24,730 nt of DNA from an uncultured Thermoplasmata archaeon (GCA_963768855.1 CAVYJM010000024.1:1-24730); one strand, 5' to 3'; positions 6,540-15,511 are shown, counted from the stretch's first letter. Notes: generated by a model not told the origin, from the letters alone. Translations and numbers: made by a program.

Positions 6540-9248
6540 CTAGCTTCGCCCCATGACCCGAGGTTGGAAAGACGTGGGCGGCCGCGGACGCAGCTCCCGT
6601 ACTGCCTCCGCATCGCTCGCTCCCGACACGGCAACGCGTCGCTCGATGCTCGTTCCCGAGTCGAGCTTCACGTGCTGCTGGTCGCGATAGGGGCGGTCCT
6701 TGAGGATGCCACCGAGCCAGTAAGTGCCTCCTTCCTCGAGATCCGAGGAGGCCCAGGAAGTGAACGCGAACCGGCCGCTGCTCGTGGAAAGGACGCCCGA
6801 CTGTCGAATCTTGGAGGCCACCTGTCGCTCCGTTAGAGGGCGGATCCGTTCGACGTAGAACGACCCGCTGAACCGGCCCCCGGGTCGGACGCGATTCGGG
6901 TCGACCATGGGGACCCCGGAGGAGTTCCCCTCAATCTCGGCCAGATAGGGAGAAGGGAGCCCTTTCCGAGCGACCAGGTGGACCCGCCTCATGGCCCGCG
7001 TGAGGGCGACGTAGAACAGCCGCCGCTCCTCGGCCGCGTCGTTCCCCGTGCTCATCCGGACCGGCTCGAGGACGTCGGGGTTCTCGACCTTGGAAGGAAA
7101 GCCGAGAAGGTGGTCGCTCGCGTTCGCCACGATGACGACGTTGGCCTCGAGCCCCTTGGCTCTGTGGGCGGACAGGAGACGCACTCCCGCGACGTTGCGC
7201 TGGGGGTCGGCAACCGGGATCCGGTTCCGCCGGCAGGCTTCGCCCAAAGGTTCGAGGAGATGGTTCGTCCGGCTGAGGACTAGGATGTCCTCGGGTCGCC
7301 CTTGCTGGCGTTCCTCCTGGATCAGACGGATCGTCGCACTCACGATAGCGGCATCGTCGTCGGGCACCTCATGCACGAAGACCTGACCCCGTTCCGGGCT
7401 GGCGACCACGACCTGCTTGGGTATCTGCTTCGGATTGCGGGCGATGAGTGCCGCACCCGCCTCGACGATGATGGCGGGGGACCGGTAGTTGATGCTCAGC
7501 ATCGTCGTAGACGGGGGGCCGAAGTGGGATTCGAAATTGACGATGTAGTCTAGATCGCCGCCAGCGAAGCCGTAGATGGCCTGCCAATCGTCGCCCACGG
7601 CGAAGAGGTGGGCTCCCGTGGCGGCCAAGAGACCCTTGAGGAACCGCGCCATGGCCGGCGAGGTGTCCTGGAACTCGTCGACGAGGACATGCTGGAACTT
7701 CGGGAGCGGATTCGTCCCTCCCTCCAGTGCGTCGGCCGCGCGGTGGAGCATATCGGAGAAGTCGATGCGCCCTTCAGCAGCGAGCCGCGCTTCGTAGCGC
7801 TGGAGGATCGCGATGCCCAGGAGGCCGAAGTGATGAACGCGGGGGGTCGCCTTGTCGAGCCGCTGGCGGATCTCATCCGGGGTGCGCCGCAGGGCGCGGG
7901 CGTTGGCCAAGAAGTTGACGAGCAGCTGCTCGATCGCGCTTCCGATGTACTTCATGTCTCCGAGGGCCTTCGTGAACTCCGCGTAGGTCATGGGCCGGAG
8001 GGCGAGCCCCGCCGCGGCCACCCGATCTTGAAGCGCCGCTTCGAGTGACCCCTCCGTGCGCTCGTAATCGTAAAACTCAAGGAGCTTCTTGCCCGCGCGG
8101 CGGAACTCCTCCCGCTTCCACGCCATGCCCTCCGTATACCGGACCGACGAAGTGGCCCACCCTGGTGCGACGTCGCCCGCCCGGTTGACGCCCCAGTACT
8201 CGATGTACGCGTCGTCGTTGGCAAGCCGGAAGTCCGGATGATAGGCGTCGCGGCCTGCGCCGACCTGGGCCCACGACGCCTTCGCCTCGTACTGGTACGG
8301 GACGTTATTCAGGAAAAGGAAGTCCGCGATGATCCGCTCGCCGATGGACCGGACGTGCTCTCCGCGAAGCGCGCGATACGCCTGGTCCCCGCCCACGGCG
8401 GGAGCACGCTCGTCCTCGTTCCGGTGGAAGTGGAGGAGGGCGTCGATGTAGAGTTTGGCGAGCTGCGGGTCGCGGCCTTCGCGCGCGTCGCTCAGGGCCG
8501 CCGCAACGAGCGAATCGGTCCATCGGTCGTCTCCGACACTGATCGGGCCAGGGAAGGAAGCCTGGACGACTCGCTTGCCGAGCGCGTGGAGGGTCGAGAC
8601 CGTGACGCCTTCGGTCCCGTGGCCGGCGAGGGGCACGGCCATCTGCTTGAGACGCGCCTGCATCTCCTCCGTGGCCTTGTTCGTGAACGTGACCGCCAGG
8701 ATCGCGCTCGGAGGGACGCCCCGCTCGAGCAGGAAGCGGATCCGTCCGACAATGGTACGGGTCTTGCCAGAGCCCGCACCTGCGATCACCAGGTTGCGTT
8801 CGTCGTCCCGGACGATCGCCCTCTGCTGAGCATCGTCGGCCTTGAGCTGGTCGACTAGCAAGGTCGAGTACTCCGTCCTCTTTCGATGGACGTATGCCTC
8901 GTTGTGCTCGGTGAGGACTCCTCGCATCTCCTCGGTGCGACGGAGAACGTCCTGCAGCCGGTCCCGCATCGCACGGTCGCGGGTACGGCGAACGACCGTG
9001 GCGATTGGCGGCAAGATCCGCTCGGCCAGTTCGGCGGTCTTGGTCTCGAGCGGTCTTCGGATCCGTTCGGGAATGTAGTCACCGGCGCGGGCGAACGTCC
9101 GAAGGGTTCCTTCGATCCCACCGAGATCGCCGCCGGCCTGACCAAGACGGATGCCAGCCTGTTGCACCTGCCGTTTCCGGGACCAGAGGAATCCGGCGAC
9201 GCCCACAGCGGCGCCCGCCAATACTGGAACGAGCAGTAGCGGGTCCAC
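6540..9248 (-). CDS. UvrD/Rep-family SF1A helicase, helicase IV (HelD)-like, with an N-terminal TM anchor, an inserted nuclease-like domain and a probable C-terminal OB fold
   Basis: Motifs AGAGSGKT, TFTNKA, VDEFQDTS, VGDDWQAIYGF, NYRS, SAHRAKGLE and EERRLFYVALTRA. GTG start with GGAGG. Confidence 0.92.
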   Translation of the reverse strand: MDPLLLVPVLAGAAVGVAGFLWSRKRQVQQAGIRLGQAGGDLGGIEGTLRTFARAGDYIPERIRRPLETKTAELAERILPPIATVVRRTRDRAMRDRLQDVLRRTEEMRGVLTEHNEAYVHRKRTEYSTLLVDQLKADDAQQRAIVRDDERNLVIAGAGSGKTRTIVGRIRFLLERGVPPSAILAVTFTNKATEEMQARLKQMAVPLAGHGTEGVTVSTLHALGKRVVQASFPGPISVGDDRWTDSLVAAALSDAREGRDPQLAKLYIDALLHFHRNEDERAPAVGGDQAYRALRGEHVRSIGERIIADFLFLNNVPYQYEAKASWAQVGAGRDAYHPDFRLANDDAYIEYWGVNRAGDVAPGWATSSVRYTEGMAWKREEFRRAGKKLLEFYDYERTEGSLEAALQDRVAAAGLALRPMTYAEFTKALGDMKYIGSAIEQLLVNFLANARALRRTPDEIRQRLDKATPRVHHFGLLGIAILQRYEARLAAEGRIDFSDMLHRAADALEGGTNPLPKFQHVLVDEFQDTSPAMARFLKGLLAATGAHLFAVGDDWQAIYGFAGGDLDYIVNFESHFGPPSTTMLSINYRSPAIIVEAGAALIARNPKQIPKQVVVASPERGQVFVHEVPDDDAAIVSATIRLIQEERQQGRPEDILVLSRTNHLLEPLGEACRRNRIPVADPQRNVAGVRLLSAHRAKGLEANVVIVANASDHLLGFPSKVENPDVLEPVRMSTGNDAAEERRLFYVALTRAMRRVHLVARKGLPSPYLAEIEGNSSGVPMVDPNRVRPGGRFSGSFYVERIRPLTERQVASKIRQSGVLSTSSGRFAFTSWASSDLEEGGTYWLGGILKDRPYRDQQHVKLDSGTSIERRVAVSGASDAEAVRELRPRPPTSFQPRVMGRS

Positions 9249-9461
9249 ACCCTCCCCCGGTTCGAAGGAGGGTAACCGACGAAAGCCCTAAAAGGAACGC
9301 CCAAGACTCTGCACGCTATCGTGGGATCCTGAAGGCCGTGAATGCTTTCGCGTTTCGATCCGTTCCACGCAGCCGTTCGCCTCGGCCCAGCGCAGGGGGA
9401 GCGGTGGCCCCGTCGAGAGCCTGCACCCCGATGGGAAGATTTTCGGCGTCGGGATCCCGGG

Positions 9462-9908
9462 TCAGGACGCTCGGGTTCCGCTCCCTTCGACGGTGACCGC
9501 ACGCGCATGGCGGTGGAACGAATGGTGCACCGCGATCAGGTAGACCGCGACCAGCACCGTGAAGACGAGGCCCACCCAGGACGTCCACGGAACCGTTGCC
9601 GCGGGGACTGCGGTCAACGCGTTGTAGATTCCGTACGCCTGCCATGCGGCGGCGACGATGGCCGTGACCGTCGCGACCCACCACGCCCAGATGCGCAGCC
9701 CGAGGAGACCGACGCCGGCGACGAGTAGGATGAACGCCAGGATGAGGTACAGGATGCCCCCCACGATCAGGGCGCTCCCCGGGAGGTTGACTCCAGGGAG
9801 CAGGCTCGCGAAGCTCAGGAAGACGCCTGCCATCCCTGCAAGTCCGATGACGATTGCCGCCAGGACGACCAGCACACCCAGTATCGTGACTCCTCTCGGA
9901 CGGGCCAT
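9462..9908 (-). CDS. Four-TM hypothetical membrane protein
   Basis: Starts MARPRGVTILGVL and has four hydrophobic helices. GAGGTG RBS upstream. Confidence 0.75.
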   Translation of the reverse strand: MARPRGVTILGVLVVLAAIVIGLAGMAGVFLSFASLLPGVNLPGSALIVGGILYLILAFILLVAGVGLLGLRIWAWWVATVTAIVAAAWQAYGIYNALTAVPAATVPWTSWVGLVFTVLVAVYLIAVHHSFHRHARAVTVEGSGTRAS

Positions 9909-10139
9909 TCGCCTACCACCTCACGGACATCGGCCGGAAACGACGAGCGGGCGCGGAGTTGGGGGAGGTCCGTCCACACTTAGCCGCTCGGGCTCCGCCT
10001 CGCAGCGCCACGCCTCCCCGGCACGGTATCGGTCTGGGTTCATAAAGCCATGCCGCGGGAGGAGGCCGTGTCATGCGCCGTCCGCCTCCGCCGTCGCCCG
10101 GGTCCACGCACGCAGTTTCGAGCATCCCGGTCCGGGGAA

Positions 10140-10691
10140 TCACCTCAACCGCGATGGCCTCCGCTTCTCGTACGTGAGCTGGACGACACCGGTCTTGTAG
10201 ATTCGATGTCGGGTCAGCTGGAGGGGAAGCTTACGGTCCGTGTTCAGGAAGAGGGGAATGCCCGAGCCGAGGAACACCGGACAGATCGAGATGATGTACT
10301 CGTCGACGAGGCCGGCCTCCCGGAGAGGCTGGATGAGACGGGCACCGCCCACCAACCAGATCGCGGAGCCTTTCTGCCTGCGCAAGCGCCTGACGAAGGC
10401 CACAGGATCGCTGCGCACGAATCGAACGGAAGGTGGTTTCTTCGTCGCGTCCTTCCGGCTCGTTCTCCTGCGACTGAACACGTAGCATCTCTTGTCCGGA
10501 TAGGGGAAAGGGCCAAACGTGAGCACCTGCTCGTAAGTCTTCCGACCCATCAAGATGGTGTCGACGGTCTTGATGAAGGCGTTGTATCCGTAGTCGTTGT
10601 CGTCGCCGGCCGGCAACCAGTCGATGGCCCCGTCCGGCCGCGCGATGAAACCATCCGCGCTGGTCGCGATGAACAACACGACACGACGCAT
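10140..10691 (-). CDS. Dihydrofolate-reductase-family protein (RibD C-terminal-like)
   Basis: MRRVVLFIATSADGFIARPDGAIDWL, ILMGRKTYEQV, IWLVGGARL, GLVDEYIISICPVFLGSGIPLF. The TATA-like TTATTTG 24-30 nt upstream supports ATG 10691 rather than 10874. Confidence 0.9.
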   Translation of the reverse strand: MRRVVLFIATSADGFIARPDGAIDWLPAGDDNDYGYNAFIKTVDTILMGRKTYEQVLTFGPFPYPDKRCYVFSRRRTSRKDATKKPPSVRFVRSDPVAFVRRLRRQKGSAIWLVGGARLIQPLREAGLVDEYIISICPVFLGSGIPLFLNTDRKLPLQLTRHRIYKTGVVQLTYEKRRPSRLR

Positions 10692-10950
10692 GGGTGGAAA
10701 GAGAGGTGGCGCCACAAATAACTCACGCCCTCTCAGCACCCTCGTGCTTCGACTCGCTCGAGGCGGCCGTTCGCATCTGCCCGGCGAAGGAGGCACAGGA
10801 GGGCCTAGATCTCTACGCCCCCGAGCACGATCACATCTCCATATCGCATCCCTTCCGACCGGGGGAGGTGACAAAGACGGGAAGGATTCTTCTTGACGAA
10901 GATCGCTTACCCCCGTCGGGGAGGAAATGGGTCCATCCCTTGGACGGCAG

Positions 10951-11820
10951 GTGAGTCACGTCATCACGAGGGACTACGATCGCGTCTCGCGGGTCTGGGA
11001 CCGAACGTTCGTGCCCGCGACGAACGAAATCCGCCGCCACATACTCGACACAGCCGAGCTCCGGCCCGGAGAACGTGTCCTCGATGTAGGGACGGGCACG
11101 GGTGCGGCGGCCTTGCTCGCCGCAAGGCGCGTCGGAGAGGCCGGACGCGTCCTCGGGATCGACAGGTCCCCCGCCATGCTCGCGAAGGCGCGCGCGAAAG
11201 CCTCGCGTAGCGGTTTGGCGAACGTGACGTTTCGGCAGATGGACGGGAGCGTGCTCCGGTTGCCCCGCGCATCGTTGGACGTGATCATCTCGAGCTTCGG
11301 GACGCCGGAAGGGCTGTACGATGGGGAAGCCGTGTTCCGTGACTGGCTCCGGGTCCTCCGACCCGGCGGCCGACTGTGCTTCGCGGAGAGCCCGGGCATC
11401 ACCTCCTTCACCAAGACCCTGGCCCGAGTCGTGGAAAAACACAAAGTGAGGGATCCGCGGGCCGCCCTGGCGGCGAGGCGGCGTCTCTGGGAGGAAGCCC
11501 GCGAACGGCGTCGCCGTGCCCCAGAGATCAACGGCGACGAACCGAGGACGGTCGTGCGGCTCATGAGGGCGGCCGGCTTCCGCGACGTGCGGGTCACGCA
11601 TCGGCGGTCCAGCGTACTCTTGCCCAGCCCTCAGACGGTCTTGAGGCTGTTCATCCACTGGTACATTGCGGACGAGTACGCAGAGATGCGGCCCGAGATC
11701 CGCGCCGCGTTTCGGCGCGAGCTCCTGCGGGCGCTCCGCCGCTACGAGACTCCGGAAGGGGTTCGCCTGCCGACTCAGACGAACTTCTTCTTCGGCCGAA
11801 AGGGTGCACGCCCGACGTGA
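10951..11820 (+). CDS. Class I SAM-dependent methyltransferase (UbiE-like)
   Basis: Motif I VLDVGTGTG, GIDRSPAMLAKAR, QMDGSVLRLP, LDVIISSFG and LRVLRPGGRL. The start is uncertain (GTG 10951 or ATG 10927). Confidence 0.88.
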   Translation: MSHVITRDYDRVSRVWDRTFVPATNEIRRHILDTAELRPGERVLDVGTGTGAAALLAARRVGEAGRVLGIDRSPAMLAKARAKASRSGLANVTFRQMDGSVLRLPRASLDVIISSFGTPEGLYDGEAVFRDWLRVLRPGGRLCFAESPGITSFTKTLARVVEKHKVRDPRAALAARRRLWEEARERRRRAPEINGDEPRTVVRLMRAAGFRDVRVTHRRSSVLLPSPQTVLRLFIHWYIADEYAEMRPEIRAAFRRELLRALRRYETPEGVRLPTQTNFFFGRKGARPT

Positions 11821-11842
11821 CGCTCCGAGAGCTTGCCGCGCA

Positions 11843-11928
11843 GCCTTCACCCTCGGGACTCGGCATGGGGACCTGGTCTGGGGTGAAGGCAGCGAGATCG
11901 ACGGTTCCCTCCGGTGGGATGGGAACCG
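11843..11928. terminator. Two GC-rich stem-loops between convergent genes
   Basis: GCCTTCACCC (11843-11852) pairs with GGGTGAAGGC (11881-11890). CGGTTCCC (11902-11909) pairs with GGGAACCG (11921-11928). There is no U-tract, so function is unproven. Confidence 0.35.
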
Positions 11929-12738
11929 CTACGCGGACAGGAACCCCCCGTCCACGGGGATCAGGGCGCCCTGGACGTAGCTCGCGAGGTCGCTGGCCAG
12001 CACCAAGGCCATGAGGGCCACCTCGTCCGGGTGGCCGAATCGGCCGATGGGCAACCGCGTGCGGAACTCGACGCCCGCCTTCACGATGCCCAGGTTCAGC
12101 TTGAGCACGTCCAACGCCACGTGTCGCGTCCCCTCGGTCAGGATCCCGCCGGGGACGAGGGCATTCACCCGGAAGTCCTTCCCGTAGTCCTTCGCCAGGG
12201 CGCGTGTCAGAGCGAGGACGCCCGCCTTGCTCATGCTGTAGTGCGCGAGATCATCCTTGAACGGGAGGAGCGCCTCGATCGAACCCACGTTGATGATCAC
12301 GCCGCCCTTCGCGCCCCGCAAGCGGATCATCTCCTGGCACATCCAGAACACGGCGTTCAGGTTGATGTCGGAGACCTTCTGCAGGAAGGCGGGATCCACC
12401 TCGAGGAAGTCCTTCATCGGATAGACGCCGGCGTTGTTCACGAGGATGTCGGGCTCCCGACCGCGGAGGGACTCCCAGAGGCGCCGGATCTCCTCCCGGC
12501 GCGAGAGATCGACCTGGTGCGTCGCCAGCTTCACGTGGAACGTGCCGAGCTCGCCCTGGACCTCTCGGAGCCCGTCCTCGTCGATGTCCACGAGCTCGAG
12601 ATCGGCTCCCGCCTGGGCGAACCGCCGCGCCATGGCCGCTCCGATCCCCGAGGCGGAACCCGTGATCAGGGCCCGCTTGCCTCGCAGGGACAGGAGGTCC
12701 GCAAGGGGCGTCGGGTCCCCGCGCTCGTCCCGTGCCAT
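11929..12738 (-). CDS. Classical short-chain dehydrogenase/reductase (SDR)
   Basis: TGSASGIG, NNAG, NVGS, catalytic YSMSK, VNALVPG, and PIGRFGHPDEVA. ATG 12738 is the likely start. Confidence 0.92.
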   Translation of the reverse strand: MARDERGDPTPLADLLSLRGKRALITGSASGIGAAMARRFAQAGADLELVDIDEDGLREVQGELGTFHVKLATHQVDLSRREEIRRLWESLRGREPDILVNNAGVYPMKDFLEVDPAFLQKVSDINLNAVFWMCQEMIRLRGAKGGVIINVGSIEALLPFKDDLAHYSMSKAGVLALTRALAKDYGKDFRVNALVPGGILTEGTRHVALDVLKLNLGIVKAGVEFRTRLPIGRFGHPDEVALMALVLASDLASYVQGALIPVDGGFLSA

Positions 12739-12815
12739 GCTTGCCACCGCGATGCGCAGCACCCGAGGTGGCGCATAACCTTTCTGGAAGAGCCCCAGGC
12801 GTCAAATCCGCCTGG

Positions 12816-12860
12816 TTTGCGACGGCGGAGCCCCCGCCCCTCGTCGCGGGCCGTCGCAAA
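12816..12860. repeat. Perfect 10-bp inverted repeat between divergent promoters
   Basis: TTTGCGACGG (12816-12825), a 25-nt spacer, then CCGTCGCAAA (12851-12860). Confidence 0.6.
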
Positions 12861-12941
12861 TCACTCGTGAGAATGCCAGTGCGGCCTTTATGGCGTAGGG
12901 ACCTGTACGGGTTCCTTGGAGGGACCAAACGGCTGAGCCGA

Positions 12942-13507
12942 GTGGGGGGGAGCTCCGCGCCAAGGTAAAGGTCTGCCTCGTCGGCGCGAATACGGGCTGT
13001 AAGACGAGCCTCGTCCGGAGGCACGTTCTGGAGCAGTTCGACGACCGCTACATCCTGACACTCGGGACCAAGGTGTCCAAAAAGGAGATGGGGCTGAGGA
13101 CCACGTCCGGGGGCACCCCCGTCAACGTCGATCTTCTCGTTTGGGACATCATGGGCCACCGCGGCTTCCGCGAGTTGCTCAAGGAATCGTACTTCGAGGG
13201 CACCAGGGGAATCCTCGCGGTCGCCGACATGACCCGCAGGAGCACCCTGAAGGACCTCGACGCCTGGATCACGGACGTCCAGAGCGTCTCGGGGCGCGTT
13301 CCCGTCGTGATCATCGGCGCCAACCACGACAAGAAGAATCGGCTAGAGGTCTCCGAGGAAGAAGTGACGCGCGTGGCGAAGGCTCATGATGCTCCCTGCT
13401 TCTTCGCATCCGAAACCTCGGGGGAGGAAGTTGAAGCGGCTTTCCGAAACCTTGCAGACGCCGTCGTTCGGTCCATGTCTGGATCCCCGCCCAACTGGGT
13501 GCGGTAG
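12942..13507 (+). CDS. Rab/Ras-like small GTPase with degenerate G1/G4/G5 motifs; its start codon is out of frame across a G7 run
   Basis: The frame of track ORF 13073 extends upstream to GGELRAKVKVCLVGANTGCKTSLVRRHVLEQFDDRYILTLGTKVSKK...WDIMG. There is no in-frame start between TAG 12896-12898 and G1. GTG 12942 becomes in frame if the G run at 12944-12950 has 8 (or 5) G. Confidence 0.85.
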
Positions 13508-13535
13508 GGCGGGCTGTCGGGCTCCCCAGGGGTCC

Positions 13536-15338
13536 TCACGTCTCGATGCGCTCGATCCGCCCGTTCGCCTCCGCCCAGCGTAGCAGGCGCAGGAAGGCCT
13601 GGGTCTCCGCGCCTCCGAGGGCGATCACATCGCCGCTACGGTACACGTTGCCCGTTTCCCAGTCCTTGACCACGCGCAGGACGCGGTAGCGGGGCTTCGC
13701 CTTCACCGCCATGAACTCGGCCATCTTCGCCGCGGCCCAGGAGTCCTTGAACGTCCCCTGAAACACGGCCAAGCGCTGGTGCGCGATGATCGCAATCTCA
13801 CTGCACACGTCGTTCAGGAAGCTGCGGTCGTGGCTCACGACGAGGACCATGCCCCCGTAGCCCTTCAGGGCCGCGGCCACGATCTCCTGGCTCTCGATGT
13901 CGAGGTGGTTCGTCGGCTCGTCGAGGACGAGGAGGTCGTAGTCCTGCGCGATGAACTTCGCGAGGGCGAGGCGCGCGCGCTCCCCGCCGCTCAGGGTGCC
14001 CACCTTGCTGTTCACCGCATCTCCGCTGAACCAGAAACGCCCGAGCAGGCCGCGAGCCCACCCTTCCGGGGGCGGCGGATTCCGGACGCTCCGAATCTCC
14101 TCGAGGAGGGTGTGATCGAAGTCGAGCTCCTCGGCCTCCTGCGCGAAGTAGCCGATGTTCAGGTTCTTGCCGCGGAACACGGACCCGGCGTCGGGTCTCA
14201 ACCGCCCGATGAGGATCTCGAGGAGCGTGGTCTTCCCCGACCCGTTGGGCCCCACGAGCCCGACCTTGTCGCCCTTGCCCAGTTCGAGGTCCACGTCGGA
14301 GAAGAGGAGACGGCTACCGTAGGACTTCGAGACCCCCTCCAGGCGAACGATGCCGGTTCCCGTGCCCGTGCGGAAGGAGAGTCGGAACGCCTTCGGGGCG
14401 GTTGGGCCCGCCTCGGGCGTCTCCCGCTTCATCTTCTCCACGCGGAGCTTGCGCGAGAGGACCTGCTCGTACACCTTGCGGGACTTGAACTGCTCGATGA
14501 TCGCGAGCTGCCGCTTGAGCTCCTCGCGGTGCCGATGGATCTGGGCTTGACGGGCACGGGCGATCGCATCGCGCTGCACGCGGTAGTCCGAGTAGTTGCC
14601 GATGTATTCCCACGTGCGGAAGCGGTCGATCTCGATGACCTTGTCCGCGATCGCGTCGAGGAGGAACTTGTCGTGGCTGGCGAGCAGGACGGCGGCGTCG
14701 ATCTCGAGGAGGAACTCCTCGATCGTCTCGATCGTGTCGATGTCCATGTGGTTCGTCGGCTCGTCGAGGAGGAGGATGTCCTTCGCCTGGGCGTTGGCCA
14801 GGGCCCGGGCCGTCAAGACCTTGGACTTCTCCCCGCCGGAGAGGGTCCCGAAGGTCTGGTCCAGCAGCTCTTCTTCGACGCCCAGGTCGTTGAGGATCGG
14901 GTCGTTGACGATGACCGACCGGCTGCGGGCGCCGCCCAGAGCCACATGGAGCGATTCATAGCGGGCCATGCGGGCGTTCGCGTCGGGCGCGTCCCACGCG
15001 TCGGGACGAGCCATCCAGGCCTCCAGTTCGGCCAGCTCGGCTTCGATTCGCTGGGCCTCCGGCGTGGGAGCGCTCAGGACGTCGCGGACAATCGTCCCGT
15101 CCGGGATGTTGGGGATCTGGGGGAGATACCCGAAGCGCAGCTCAGGCTTGGAGACGAGGTCGCCCACGTCCGGCTTCGTCTCCCCCGCGAGGAGCTTGAA
15201 CAGCGTGCTCTTGCCCGCACCGTTCGGGCCGACCAGGGCGACCTTCTCGCCGGTCTGGATGACGAAGTCCGCGTGCTCGAGGACGAGCGTCCCGCCCCAG
15301 GATTTCCGGAGGTCGCGGCCCGCGACGATCGGGGACAT
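13536..15338 (-). CDS. ABC-F family ATPase (ribosome-associated type)
   Basis: Two NBDs (GPNGAGKS/LSGGEKSK/LLDEPTNHMD and GPNGSGKT/LSGGERAR/LVLDEPTNHLD), a helical arm insert in NBD1, a helical inter-ABC linker and no TM segments. The start is ATG 15338 or 15353. Confidence 0.92.
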   Translation of the reverse strand: MSPIVAGRDLRKSWGGTLVLEHADFVIQTGEKVALVGPNGAGKSTLFKLLAGETKPDVGDLVSKPELRFGYLPQIPNIPDGTIVRDVLSAPTPEAQRIEAELAELEAWMARPDAWDAPDANARMARYESLHVALGGARSRSVIVNDPILNDLGVEEELLDQTFGTLSGGEKSKVLTARALANAQAKDILLLDEPTNHMDIDTIETIEEFLLEIDAAVLLASHDKFLLDAIADKVIEIDRFRTWEYIGNYSDYRVQRDAIARARQAQIHRHREELKRQLAIIEQFKSRKVYEQVLSRKLRVEKMKRETPEAGPTAPKAFRLSFRTGTGTGIVRLEGVSKSYGSRLLFSDVDLELGKGDKVGLVGPNGSGKTTLLEILIGRLRPDAGSVFRGKNLNIGYFAQEAEELDFDHTLLEEIRSVRNPPPPEGWARGLLGRFWFSGDAVNSKVGTLSGGERARLALAKFIAQDYDLLVLDEPTNHLDIESQEIVAAALKGYGGMVLVVSHDRSFLNDVCSEIAIIAHQRLAVFQGTFKDSWAAAKMAEFMAVKAKPRYRVLRVVKDWETGNVYRSGDVIALGGAETQAFLRLLRWAEANGRIERIET

Positions 15339-15466
15339 GTGCCAGGGAGCCATTCCGTCGTCATCGATTAGACTTCGCCCCGTCCTGGACACCCGTCACG
15401 GGGCTCCGTTCGGCGGAGCCGCACTTGCTCCGAACGAACCGAGTGCTTACCCCCCGACAGTGGTCG

Positions 15467-15473
15467 TTAAGTA
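15467..15473 (+). promoter_or_regulatory. TATA box of the solute-binding protein gene
   Basis: TTAAGTA lies about 40 nt upstream of GTG 15512, with a GGAGG RBS at 15498-15502. Confidence 0.55.
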
Positions 15474-15511
15474 CGTGCTGGGCTACTGTCGCACACGGGA
15501 GGGTGTGGGGA

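Noticed and set aside
10831-12870. ORFs 10831..11850 (-), 11376..12014 (+) and 11914..12870 (+)
   Set aside because: They are shadows of the methyltransferase and SDR genes and have no motifs.
13779-15371. 530-aa + strand ORF
   Set aside because: It is the antisense shadow of the ABC-F gene and has no domain motifs.
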